From: Cycas panzhihuaensis
Lineage: Eukaryota > Plantae > Cycadophyta
Length of the DNA stretch: 64,000 bases
Reading direction: 5' to 3'
NCBI GenBank assembly: GCA_023213395.1
Contig: CM041465.1
Location: 205,165,741 to 205,229,740 of the forward strand
Positions 12,286 through 25,400 of the stretch are shown piece by piece; the first letter of the stretch is position 1, and every line of letters starts with the position of its first letter. The translations under genes and the position numbers were made by a program. Below the pieces are notes generated by a model. That model searched no databases and was not told the origin of the DNA. It worked only from the letters and a program-made list of their open reading frames with translations.

Positions 12286-15250
12286 CTAAATGAAAATCTA
12301 ATTAAGTTTAATTTCATTTAAACCTTATAAAACATTAAATATATTTTATTTAGTATTTTATGATGAATATTCTTAATAGAATATTCTAAAATTCAATGTG
12401 AATAATGATGGTTTCCTCCATAAAAATTATTTTATCTAATAAACTAATGTATTTTTTTTTTAAATAACTTTGCCACTAGATTGTTAAACTATCGAGGATC
12501 AGAATGTTAGGCCATTATCAAGGGTTTCATTACATCTTTATTATTGTGCATACAAAAAATATTTATCTCCTTTCTATGTTTATAATTTTACTCTTTGAGC
12601 TAATTTTCTTTAATGGAGATGAGATTTCACTCTATTTCCTCTTACTACATCAAGCATACACCTTGTTCTACCCTACAACTAGTTTGCATGTTAATTATTT
12701 TGATCATTGGTTGATCGGGCACTATTTGGGTAGTTTTCCATATAGTTTAGTTATGTTTTCTCCTCTATTCTCCTCTGTTTCACTTGTTGTGGCTACTAAG
12801 TTCTAATAAAATTATGTTGATTGCTCTTTAAGGTGCATCTAGGTCTTACTCTATACTGCATTTAACTCAAATAAGAAAAAAAGCCTCATGCATCTCTGTA
12901 TGCCTGTGTGACCCTCTATAGGTCAAATAGCTTAAAAAAAAGAATTTCCTTTTGTTCATTAGTACTGATGGCTTCTGTGGGCTATAATAGGATGAAAACA
13001 AGTTTAAATCAAAAGACATGGCTAGATTGAGTGAGATTTAGGCATTCAAAACCTCCATAAGCTACCCCATTTACACATAGGTCATATAGTAGCCTACTTC
13101 TTAAAAAATCTTGATTTTTTTGTAATGTTTTTAAATATCACCTTATAACATTTATCTTATTTTTTTGAATATATCCTTTTTAATATATATACTCTTTGTA
13201 AAGTTTATAAAAATAAGCCTTTTTAATATATTTCATCCATGTATTTCATTATTTTGTTGTATTCTAGCATACTTTTTTACCAGTATTCTCATATTTCAAT
13301 GGAGCCTTCCTTTAAGGGTTTTGAACATCTCACATTTAATACTTTAATATAGAATTCATCAATTCACTTTAATGGATGATTTCAACAATATTTATTACTC
13401 ATTTAATCACTATCTCTAGGCTTTCAATAAAGGTTTTTATATTTATTATTTATTGTTAACTTATATATATGTTATGTTTGGGTTTGCATAATGATTTTTG
13501 AGTTAGCATATCACTATTCATGTTTATATGTTATTTGCTTATGCTTGCATGCCACTACTTAAACATGTATATCACTATTAGAATAGTGAAATCTACTCAA
13601 TAAATAGAGTAGTCAATTTGAGCCTAAAAAAATAATACTTTAATACATCTATATGTTAATAATTAAGAAATACATGTAAGATTAAAAAGCTTGAAAAAAA
13701 AAAAGATACTATAGTTTAGTGAAAAAAATAAACTACATGTAATAAGACATGCCAAATAGGTATCTTCAACTTGTGACATAATTTATACCATAAAAATTGA
13801 TTAAACAAACATCTATAGCTTATTAATGGCTAGTCCCCCTTGGAGAAAAAAACTAGTTTTGTGTAGTTAGTAGTAATTAGACAACTATGTTTGAAAATAA
13901 CCATTATAGGGGAGCACTTATGCATGAATACCAACAACTTACAATATCAAACATCACCTTGTAAACTAATAAAAAGATAAATTTCTCAACTCACTATATA
14001 ATAACACAATACTAATATAATATTAACAAACTAGCTCTATAAATAAATATTAACATTAACATTAATAATTTCATGGAGTACCTTTTACTTTATCTAATTT
14101 TTTTCCTTATATGAGAGAGATAGGGAATAATATAATCTCAACTTTTCTTTCTTCTGCCATGGTGAAGTTTTCTTTGTACTTAATTAAATATTCTTTATTT
14201 ATCTTCTATTAAGGAAGTTTTAAATTCTTATTGTTTACAGTCATAAACTTTCTTAGACAATCTTAAGGCCTACTCCTCATGCCCTAGGTCCTAGGTTAGT
14301 ATGCAGTTTCATGCTATGCAATTCAATAATTGACCGGTATTCCTTAACAATGGCACCAAAATAACAATCATTCTAGGATAACATTACTTATCCTTATAGG
14401 AGTCTTAATAAACTAAGGATTCACAAACTTATGAATGATAAAGATTTATAAATCTATAATTACTAAATCAAATTCTAGAAAATACATAAGCTACCTATAA
14501 TCATATTACTTCATATTGATTTTTTTCTTATACAACCATATTACCAATTCACTCAAGTAGTGAAAATTATAGAAATAATATTTGATCAAATCTAACTATG
14601 AGAGGAAATTTGTTTTATCGGTGTACATCTATAATTACACTACACTTCACCCATCATGATCTAATAGGAACAAAGGTTTAATTATGAGATAGTCACAAGA
14701 TGACCCTTAGAGGAAAAATCCTTTCTTATTTTTATTTATTGAAAAAGAAATATTTATTTAAGTTGTATAAGAATCTTTGGCTCAACTAACCAACTTATAC
14801 ATTCTTAGTAGATAACGAGCATAATACCTTAACTATATAATTACAACTTGTGGCCATATATCAACCATAACTTTTTCCTAATCTTAAGGTTTCCCTTTAA
14901 AAAAAGTAAAGTAACAAACTTATCCTCACTAAATTTAAAGAGAGTGAGTTCCCTTCACTAAAATTAAAGGAAATCCACTTCACTAAAAAAATGAAAGAAA
15001 AGAGTTCCCTTCAAATTATCTAAAGTCATTTTTCTTTCACATTTAGTGAAAGTAATTTTCCACACAAAATTACACAAACATTGATTATTCAAATGCCTAT
15101 TTAACATTTATATTTTAAAGCCAATTTAACTTAATATTTTTACAAAATAAATCAAAATGAGGAATTTGTATGGCAAAAATTATTACAATATAAGGAAGAT
15201 GAGACCCCTTTTATGGGGATCATTAATAATGTGAATACATTCCTGATAAC

Positions 15251-15727
15251 AAATGACTAAAATATGAGCCAAAATATGATAAAGTATAAGTGGTATACCA
15301 TAGGCATATAATGTAATTAGGTTTAGATAAATTTTAAGAGTATTTTTACACTACATAAATATTTAGAAAATAATAACAAAATCTAAAATAATAGATTATA
15401 TATTACAACGCAATAGCATACCTCCTAGATTTAAAATAATAAATTTAAACTATAATAGTAAGGTTGAGTATTTTACTTAGCTAATATGGAATATCATATC
15501 ACCTATAAAAATGACTAAAATATAAGCCAAAACATGATAAAGTATAAGTGCCATACCATAAGTGTATAATGTTATGAGATTTAGAAAAATTTTAAGAGCC
15601 CTTTTGCACTATATAAATATTAAAGGATAAAAAAAACTCTAAAACAATAGATTATATATTATAATATGAAGGCATACCTCTCAAATCTAAAATAAATAAA
15701 TTAAAAGTGTAATAGCAAGGTTGAGCC
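15251..15727. repeat. Diverged tandem repeat with 258-bp period; second unit interrupted by the L1 and resuming at ~23215
   Basis: aaatgactaaaatat(g/a)agccaaaa..atgataaagtataagtg at 15251 and 15509. Confidence 0.85.
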
Positions 15728-16079
15728 TTTTTTTTTCAATAAATAGAAGAGTTGATAATACACTACATGAGCTTTATAATAAAAGTACATAAGATTTCTA
15801 ACCTATAGTTAGGGAAGGCTTGGAAAAGATGGTAAATGAGCCACATGAAAATAACCCAGATATAAAGGATATCAAATACAACAATATAACTAGTTTAATA
15901 TTATACCATTAAAGAACTTTACCAAGTAGCCTCAGTAATTAGAGATAAACAAGAATTACAATCTAATAACACTTACTCTAATGGAAGATATGGAAACTTA
16001 CCAACTCAAATTTACTACTCCAAAGAATAATTTGCTAAAAATACAAGCTAATGAATGTGTTAGCTAATACCAAGATGGA

Positions 16080-19000
16080 CCAATGACCCCCTACTAATTA
16101 GATAGTTAAAAGATTTGGCTAGATTAGAATCATATCTATAAATTGTGTTCATTCAAGGTTTGTAGGATATTCATTTTAATTTTTGGGTCATTTATCTCCT
16201 CCGAGTTTGAGCTTATCTTTATCTCACGCCACTAGCCCATATCCCCCAAATTAGTTAGAAGATCAACAATCTTATTTACTACCCTTTTGATATGCTTTAA
16301 AGAAACCTCTTTAAACTTATTTATAAGCTATATCATTTCTTTCAAGATATGGGAAATCTTCCAGTTACTAGTCTATGCTTTATTCATATTCATTTGGAGT
16401 AAACTAATAATAAGCTTTGCATCTCCCTTTAAATAGACCCTCTACAGGCCCAACATCCTAGTAATTTTTAGGATATAAAAGACTGTTATTGCTTCCACTA
16501 TATTGTTTATGGTATCTCTAATATTTTGAGAAAAAGGTGATTTATATTACTATTATTATCTCTAATAATCCCGCCAATGTTAACTCTACTTAAATTACCT
16601 TTTAAGGCCCCATCAAAATTAGATTTAAATATACCAACTTGAGAAGGTACCCATAGGCATCCACTATGGTTAGGCTCTTTATTTAAGTGAGTTTTAGATC
16701 CTAAATTATCCTTAATAATCCCTAGAAGATTAAGTTTGATCTTGTTCTGATCAAACCATACTAGGTTATCCTCCTCGCATTCCTTTGATGATAGGGTCTC
16801 TAATATATTGTTCATAATTATTTGGATTCCCTAGGTCATATGCTTAGATTTATCCCTAAAAATTCTTTCATTATGCTCCTTCCATACATTGCATAACATA
16901 AAACCTATAATTAAATACTAAGCCTTCTAAATAATCAAGGAGTCCACCTAAAGACTTCTTCATCCTTCCAAAAATCTTTAAATTTTTTATCCCCTTAGAA
17001 TCATGGCTCTAAAATTCATTTCAAAATGGTCCTAACATTAAGAAATACATTTATAGTTAAGAATGATATCAACGATGTCCTCTTCAACTTTAGAATAAAG
17101 GAACAAATGGAGAGGTCCATGAATCCTACCTTTTTAAGGTTATCCCATGCAAGGATGTTATTGTGTGCTAAGGATCTTATAAAAAGGCTAACACCTTTGG
17201 CCATAGTTTAGGTTACCAAATTGTCTTCCAAACCTTTCCATAGTCTAATAACCCCTTCTCCTTAATCCAAGGGTTATATACATACTTCATAGAGAAGGAG
17301 CCAATCCCCATTTTTCCCCATCTTAAAACATCAACTCCCAACCTATAAGGAAGAATCATTTTACTCAAGATGCTTTGTAGTCTATTTCTGTCCTCCAAAG
17401 TAATATTTTTTTGTAAGGAATCTAGAATTTTCCATTCCCTTACAATAGAGAAAATCCTATCCTGACTAAAGGAGGAATCCACCAAGAAGTTTGAAAGCTT
17501 AGACTACTTATTCCTCAAAAAAGATTTCCTCATAATATTTATCTCCTACTTAAGGATTAATGGATCATGTTCTTCTCATGAGATCTCCCAAAACAAGGCA
17601 AAATTCCTATTCTTGATTTCTCAAGAGCTATTGGATTGGATTAAGCCAAGGCCTTAGATAGCCTTATTTCTAATAATAAAACCCTTAATATGATCATTTA
17701 TTCTAATTAAATATTCTTTAGTAACCCCTTTAGCATAGTTCTCCTTCTAAATATGCATCCATAATGACCCTTCCTCTATCATCCATATTCACAATAACTT
17801 GGCATTAAGGGCCTTATTAAGGGGTTTAAGGTGCCTATATTCAACCTCTCATGAATCTTGTTCCTACACGCATTATCCAAAGATACCAATGATCATTTTT
17901 TTATTAAAAGTGCCTCTACTTCATAAAAACTCCTTTCGTAATATTTTAATACTTTTAATAACCATAAAGGGAGCTAAAAGCATTAAAAATATATAAATAG
18001 GTAATGCTTGGATAATTGATTTAATAAGCACAATCCTACCTACTAGCACTAGAATATTAAGATGACAACTAGATAGTTTAGCTTTAATCATATTTAATAT
18101 CTCTTCCCAAGCATTATTTCTTTCAAGATTTTCTATGAAAGGAATGCTAAGATACTTGTCTAGAAGAGAAGTAATGGGATAATTCGAGCTTCTATTAATG
18201 TTTCTCTAGATTCTTATGTGGGTATAAAAATAAAAATCTCAGATTTACTTTTATTTATAATGCTCCTTGAGGCTAATAGGAAGGTATTAAGTGATTTCTT
18301 CAAGGCCCTAGATTTTGCAATTGAAGATAGCCCTATGAGCTTCATATCATTGACAAATTATAAGTGAGGTAGTGGCTCAACATTATAGGCTATCTAGATC
18401 CCCTTAATCTATTTACCATATTTCTATTTTATGATAAGCCTTCTAATACCCTTCATTATAATGATAAAGAGGTATGAAGATAAAGGATCCCCTTGTCTTA
18501 TACCTCTAGAGGATCTAAATTATTAAATTAATGAGTGATTAACTATCACTTAAAAAGAGATATAATTTTATACACACTCAACGTAATTCTTATTACAATT
18601 AAAAGAATCCATGATCCTATTAATGAAATCCTAGTTCAATCAATCATATTTTTTCTGTACCACTCTTTTCACTCTATCTCAATGAATGGATCATTTCCAT
18701 GGAAATAATAATTCCACCTACGATTTACCTACCTACCATGAATCCACCTTGTTCTTGAGAGATTAAGCTGAGGAGAATATCTTTTAGTGTATTGGCCATA
18801 ACCTTTGAAATTATTTTGTAAGATGTATTACATAGGGTAATTAACTTAAATCTATCTATCAATAAGGGAATCCATTCTTTTGGAATGATAGTTAAGACTA
18901 TCGTTATTCAGAGCCTAAAGTATTTTGATAGATCTCCTTAATTTCTCTACTACTTTAACTATATAATCCTATAGAATATGCTAGAATGCTTGATAGAAAT

Positions 19001-20410
19001 TATCTAGAAATCCATCAAAGCCCATAGCCTTCCCTTGTTTGATATTAAAGGCCACATTCCTTATTTCTTGCTTAGTTACTTTTTTAATTAGAAATTTATT
19101 ATGATCCTTTAAAACTATCCTCAAAATGATAGAGTAAACTTTAGTGCAAGATTCCTATAGAGATAGAGACAATTCAACTACCATTTCCATAAAATTGTCC
19201 TCAACTACTCCTCAACATTAGGTAAAGGATTAAGTATACTTTTATATTGTCTCCTTAATTAGAGGATTATATTAAAACTATAATATTTTAGTGTCATCTA
19301 ATGAAATAAGTTTGATTTTCTATCTCCTTCTTAGAGCTAACAAATCTTGGACTTCTATTTCTGGAAGATTTCTTCCTCCATCCCTAATTGTGAATTTATT
19401 TTTGAAGAGATTTCTTTAGAAAGGTAATCTTATTAGATATCCCTTCTCTCATAATCTCTCCTTAGATATATGCCATCCTCTCATATAGAGAGTTTTTTAG
19501 CTCAAAAATGTCCCTAAATACCTACCTATTCCATTTCTTAATTTGATATTTAAGAAATTTAAGCTTTTTCTCCAAGTGAAACATAAAGTAACCTTTCCTT
19601 GGGTTGCTAGAATTCCACCTCTATTTAACATTCCTTTCAAAGTCTAAATGGGTGAGCTAAATTTTCTCAAATTTAAAGGAAGAATTCCTCAGCCTATCAT
19701 CTTCTAAAATACTAAGGCTAATAGGCTAGTGATCTAATCTACTCCCCTTTATAATGTTAGATTCCATCATAATGTTTATATTTACAAGATTCTCATTAAC
19801 AAAAAATCTATCAAATTTTTTAATAATTTGAGCTTTTCCCCTTTTATGATTGTTCTAGGTGAAGTTACCCTCTTTAGGAAGGATATATAAAAGCCTCTAA
19901 GATAAGATCCACTCTTGGAGGGTGATATTTACCTCATTTAATATCATAACTCCTTTTTTCTCATTCATATTAAGAATGGACTTAAAGTCACCCCCCAAAA
20001 TCTAATGACTATCTCTTAGGTCTTCCTAATCTCTTCAAGTGAGTTCTAATAAGAGAGCTTCTAAATAAGATGAGTAGCAATATAAACATTAGTAATATTA
20101 ACAATTGTAGTCTAATAGTTATAAAAATAAACTATCCATTAATCCATATTTTTTCCCCATTAGAATGTATTAATTAGACCTTTCAAGGATTCCATAGGAT
20201 AACTTGACCTCTTGGGGCCTTGTTAGATCCAATATTCATAACACATCATTGTTTCTAAATTGTCTAGGTAGTCATGGGTATCTTGTCTAAATCCAATTTT
20301 GTTTCATGAATCAAGTAAATATATAGGTTCTGAAAGGTAAGTTTATGCTTAATATTCCTCTATTTAGACATAGCATTTAAGCCCTAAATACTCCAAGAAA
20401 GTAGCTTCAT
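16080..20410 (-). pseudogene. L1 ORF2 (endonuclease, RT, zf-RVT, RNase H), many stops
   Basis: Start MKLLSWSI*GLNA; GGDFK (EEP); RGIRQGDPLSSYLFII (RT); KSNFDGALKGN...GGIIRD (RNase H). The 3' end is approximate. Confidence 0.85.
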
Positions 20411-22430
20411 GATTAGGAATTTTATTTTTGCTAGAAGTAACCTTCGTGAAGAGGTTTGGTTTGGCTAGAGTTAACCAAGAATTTCCCCTTATCGGGAAGT
20501 TTCTCAATGTTATATTTCCTTCCCTTTTTCCCTTTAAAGGTTTCCTCTTTCTAGCTTTTATGATTAAGAGCTTTAATATGAACATTTGCTAATCTTGCAT
20601 CCTTGAATTTATTCACTTGTTCTACCACCTCCCATTTACTTGAGGATTATTTAATATTGATGGCATTTTTCCTAGAGCTATACTTAGATTACTAGAAAAG
20701 CATGGCTACTCACCTCTACTCTTAGTTTTACCTTTATCCTTAAAAGTACTTCTAGGTCTCTTATTTAGGTCTAGAGAGGGATCATTTGTATTCAAGGCCT
20801 CTAGAAGGATGGAAGATACCTACTTTTGAGTATCTTCTCCTTGCACAACATCACTTGGGGGCCTCTTAATATTAGGGGTCTAATCTATATCTACCAACTC
20901 ATTATTTTTATATGATATTAAGGGTTTTTAATCCTCTAATTTAGGATTGTCTTGCCTCTATAATGCACCTATTTTGTCCTCCAAAATGCCCTACTTACTA
21001 ACCAAAGTAGGCAAAGAAGAGGCTTCCTTAAGATATTTGGGAGGATAACCTTGATCTAATCCCTAATCACAAACCATACCATTTAAATCATCAAGTATTT
21101 TAGAATTATCCATTATCCCCACTATTTAAATCTAAAGAATTTTACCTTTATATTTCCATGTCCTTAAACTACATCTTAGAGAAAGGCTAAAATTCTTCCT
21201 TAGAGATAATCTCCATAGATTCATCCTTTTCTTATCTAAAAGTATTAAACCTATTAAGACTAGGGGATTAGAGGATAAATTTCTTAATCCAAATTTTATT
21301 ACCCTAGGCCCTCTTATTTTCATGAGATAAATATTTCTAGATCCATCTCAACATCCCTCTTAATAATTTCCTTATTTGGGTAGTATTTCTAGATGTGGCC
21401 ATGCTCATGGTAAATCCCACATTTAAATGAGAATTAGTCATAATCTACTAGTTGAATTCATTATCCTCCTTCAAATTCTAGAATGATTGCTTCTAGGGAG
21501 GCACTAATGGGCCCATTTGAAAATATATTCTAGCATAAATAGTATAATATTTTCTACTATAACTAGGAATATCCAATCTCTTTCAATGCTTCCTTATTCT
21601 AAAATTCCAAGGGAAGGGAGTACAATTTAAACCAAATTAGGCCTATCAAAATATCTTCTTTTTTAGGGTTAAAACCAAGGGTCTAGAATCTTATATACTA
21701 TAACTAGGAATCTCCAATCTCTTTTAATGCTTCCTTATTCTAAAATTCTAAGGGAAGGGAGTACAATTTAAACCAAATTAGGCCTATCAAAAAATCTTCT
21801 TTTTTAGGGTTAAAACTAAGAGTTTAGAATCTTATATACTATAACTAGGAATCTCTAATCTCTTTTAATGCTTCCTTATTCTAAAATTCTAAGGGAAAGG
21901 AGTATAATTTAAACCAAATTAGGCCTATAAAAAAATCTTCTTTTTTAGGGTTAAAACCAAGGGTCTAGAATCTTATATATAGTTCAAAAGAATTTAGAAA
22001 GCTTAAACCTCCTTAAAAACCTTATTTCTATCTTCCCAAGTAACAAAGATCATAGTGAAGAAGTCTGTTACTTAATGCTTAATATTAATATCCCCTTTAA
22101 GGTTAAATTTATCTCCCTAATTTTCCTTAACCCATTTCTTAAGGGAGACCTTTGAAGACCATATACTTAAGAACTTGTAGATTAAACCATGGCTACTTAA
22201 GTATACGATCTTATGCTTATAGGCTTAGGAGGTTATCTACACCCTAGGATTAATCAATATTTTCCCCTAGCATTTATTCAAAGAGCCATTCTATTTAGTA
22301 TTATCTTTGGAAGCTTGAAAATGAGATTTGGTATTTAGAGATTTGTTTGAAAATCCATAAATTTTAGAGATAATTTATTGATACCCTATCCAAAGTAAAT
22401 AACTTGATATATGCTTAACAAACATTTCCT
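20411..22430 (-). pseudogene. L1 ORF1 remnant (DUF4283-like)
   Basis: GFNPKKEDFLIGLIWFKLYSLPLEF*NKEALKEIG motif, located upstream of ORF2. Confidence 0.65.
21555..21978. repeat. Three near-identical 141-bp tandem units inside L1 ORF1
   Basis: ctataactaggaat at 21557, 21698 and 21839. Confidence 0.95.
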
Positions 22431-25400
22431 ACCTACACTAATGAAATAGAATAACACTGCTAGAAGATAATAATATGAGCTAGAAGATTAGAATTTAAAG
22501 AAAAATGGATTAGAAAGAAAAGAGGCTACCCAAAATGACAAATTTTATCAAGACTATAAGTAGATCTTAGATCATAATGAACATAATTTACCCTTTAGAA
22601 ACCACTTGATAGCTCTTCATAATCTTTAGGATAATTACAATATCTAGATCTACCAAAATAGAGCTTACTACTATCATAATGCACCACCAATATAAAAGAG
22701 GTTCTAAGAGAATATGAAGTAGAGTACACCATTGTAAAGAGGGATACAACCAAGTCATAAGACTATCATATGTAAAAAACCATAAATCAAAACCCACTAA
22801 AAAAATAATGCCTAAAAGGCACACTAGATCTGTCATAATATGGTTGAAGGAAACTTGCATTAGAAAACTCACTAAAAATTAGCTTCTAATAAGGATCCAC
22901 AAAGATTATGCTTAGATCTAAGGAAATTAACTCCACTTATATAGCCTATTCAGATGCCCATGGCCAAGAATTGATAGATGAGTGAAAAACTAACTCCATT
23001 GAGTGATTTCTACTCCTAAAACTAATTAAACCCTGTAAAGCTCATTGCAACTCTAAATCCAAAATTGGAAAGACTAAAACCACTATAACATCCTAGAAAG
23101 CTAGTACATAGTTCTCTCAAACATAAAGAAAAGACATGGACAATATGCATAAGAGGAAACAAAGATTACAAATATGGTTAGGCTACTACCATAGCCAAAA
23201 CTTAAAAAAACCATTAGTAAGGATAAGTACTTTACTAAGTTAATATGGAGTATAATACGTAGTGTATATAATGCTTAGAAAATTGCTGAAAAATATGGTA
23301 GTGGTTCTATGATCTGGGAAAAATGCGAAAAATATATCCACCATCTTAACTGCTACTATATATTACTAAATTATATGGTACCTATTATAGCTATAAGTTG
23401 ATGGAGTATATAAAGTAAAATAAGCAACCAATCAACTAAGAAATGAAAAAATATAGGTAATATCCTAAATGGTTTGAAAGACAAAAAGATATCCAAATAA
23501 TTTATAACCATAAAATAGTATGTTGTAAGATGGGTATTATTAAAGTTCAAGGTAGTGTCATTTAGATATATATAACATTGTATAGCAGTTATTAATTAAG
23601 GGAAGAAGAGATATATCTAAACTCTGGAATAACATATAAAAATCAATATCACACTATTAATATAGATCATGTATTAATAGAATTTATGCCTACTTTCTTA
23701 GATATATACATATATATGTGACTTTATTCCCCTTTAGTATATTCCGTTAGGCCCTAACACTTAGATGCAACTTATGTCATCTTTACTTTTCTTATTTTAG
23801 ACTATATTATAGTGTATGGACCTTCTATATTATGGCCCTTAGTCATAGGCTATTTACATAACTAAGGAGACAAAGGGTTGGGGGGTAGTGGCCCATTATT
23901 AAACAAATATATGATTCATACATTTTCCAAACAAATCTATCTATCTATCTGTGTGTGTGTGTGGGTAAATAAGGGACTTTTAACTAGCTTTAGGCTTTGT
24001 GACAACTTCTCCCTAGACTTTTTAATAGAATTATTAGAAGGCTATTGCATATGATTTGAGATATCTTGCTTCTATTTTTTGAATTATTTATTTTTATTCT
24101 ATGGATTATACAATGCTTATTTATGTAAGAGAATTTATGCATGAGAATGTGGATGAAGAGAAAAGGGAGAGGCATATAGGAGATAGTCTACAATAGTCCT
24201 TCAATAAAGGGAGCATGTTATGCGTAAGTTAAATCTCTCCCTATCTTTCATAACTAATAATATTATTAATATAATGAAGAGTGGTGTTAGACAATTCATA
24301 TTCCCTTTATCTAATCATTTATCCATCTATATTGACTAATATTTCAAGTGTAGTCCATGATGTCACCTCCTTAATATCATCATCTTATTCACATTCATAT
24401 ATTTAGGTTTTAACTTACTACACTATTCTTTTTAATTGTCTATTTGGTTACTATTTTGATGAATATGATGGACTTGGCCTTTTATATTCATTACTTGGAA
24501 TTCATTTTCACATTGTCCATGATGATTCTTAAGCTTCACACTCAGCCACTTCAATTAGCATCTAGTATGTGTTGAGATGTCTTTAGATTAAATCATTCTT
24601 CAAACTAATCAAAATCAAATTGCTATTTAAGTATATTTATCTTAATCTAATATTCAAATCCAAACTTACATATTATCTTAATTAGCATTGTTAACATCCA
24701 TTACATTATTTGATATTTCATTAGCCCAAATTCTAGTAATATTAATTAAATAATTACTACTCACTTCATCTAGTTAAACTACCTCTCATATATTCTCCTT
24801 TTCCCTTTAATTAATTCAACCCTTGATTGACTCTCAACTCTTGTAATTATGACCTATCTAACTTAGGCATTTAATTTCTTAATTACAATTATTTTATTTT
24901 ATTTCCTTACGTTATTTCTAGTTGACTGTAATGATTAACACAATCTATCATAGTTCCAATCCTAACTTCAAACATCTCAAATCATCTTAAATCATTTTTT
25001 ATATAATCATATTGACCTAGAGAATCCCTTAGTTATTCCACAAATTACATATTATGTGATCCCATAATGTTTGATGTACAAATCATAATCTAATTAGGAT
25101 TAGAAAGTTCATAAGCATATACATAGTTCTGTTATAATTTTAGGTCTCATTTATATCATGTTTATGGAGGAATTTAAAGAGGAGTTATTCCCTTGTATTT
25201 GACTAAAGTCTAATTTAGCATTTCTTTATTACACTCTAGATATGTGGCCCTTTATGATTATTTATATTGATTTTTCCCCTCATCCTTGACCTAATATTCT
25301 AATTATAATTTGTTGCTTATAATTCTCCAACATAATCTATCACTTATTTTTTTGTTAATTATATGTTTTTTTCTATTTTCCTTTCCTTTCCTTTTATTTG

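Larger units (their letters stand above)
15728..23214 (-). mobile_element. Old, heavily decayed L1-clade LINE (~7.5 kb)
   Basis: Poly-T tail at 15728, ORF2 and ORF1 remnants, and a degenerate ~15-bp TSD (tagcaaggttgagcc 15713-15727 / tagtaaggataagta 23215-23229). Confidence 0.85.

Noticed and set aside
12300-13925. Possible hAT-like DNA transposon remnant (end ggggagcactta; decayed frame at 12400-12800)
   Set aside because: No matching second TIR, TSD or convincing transposase motif.
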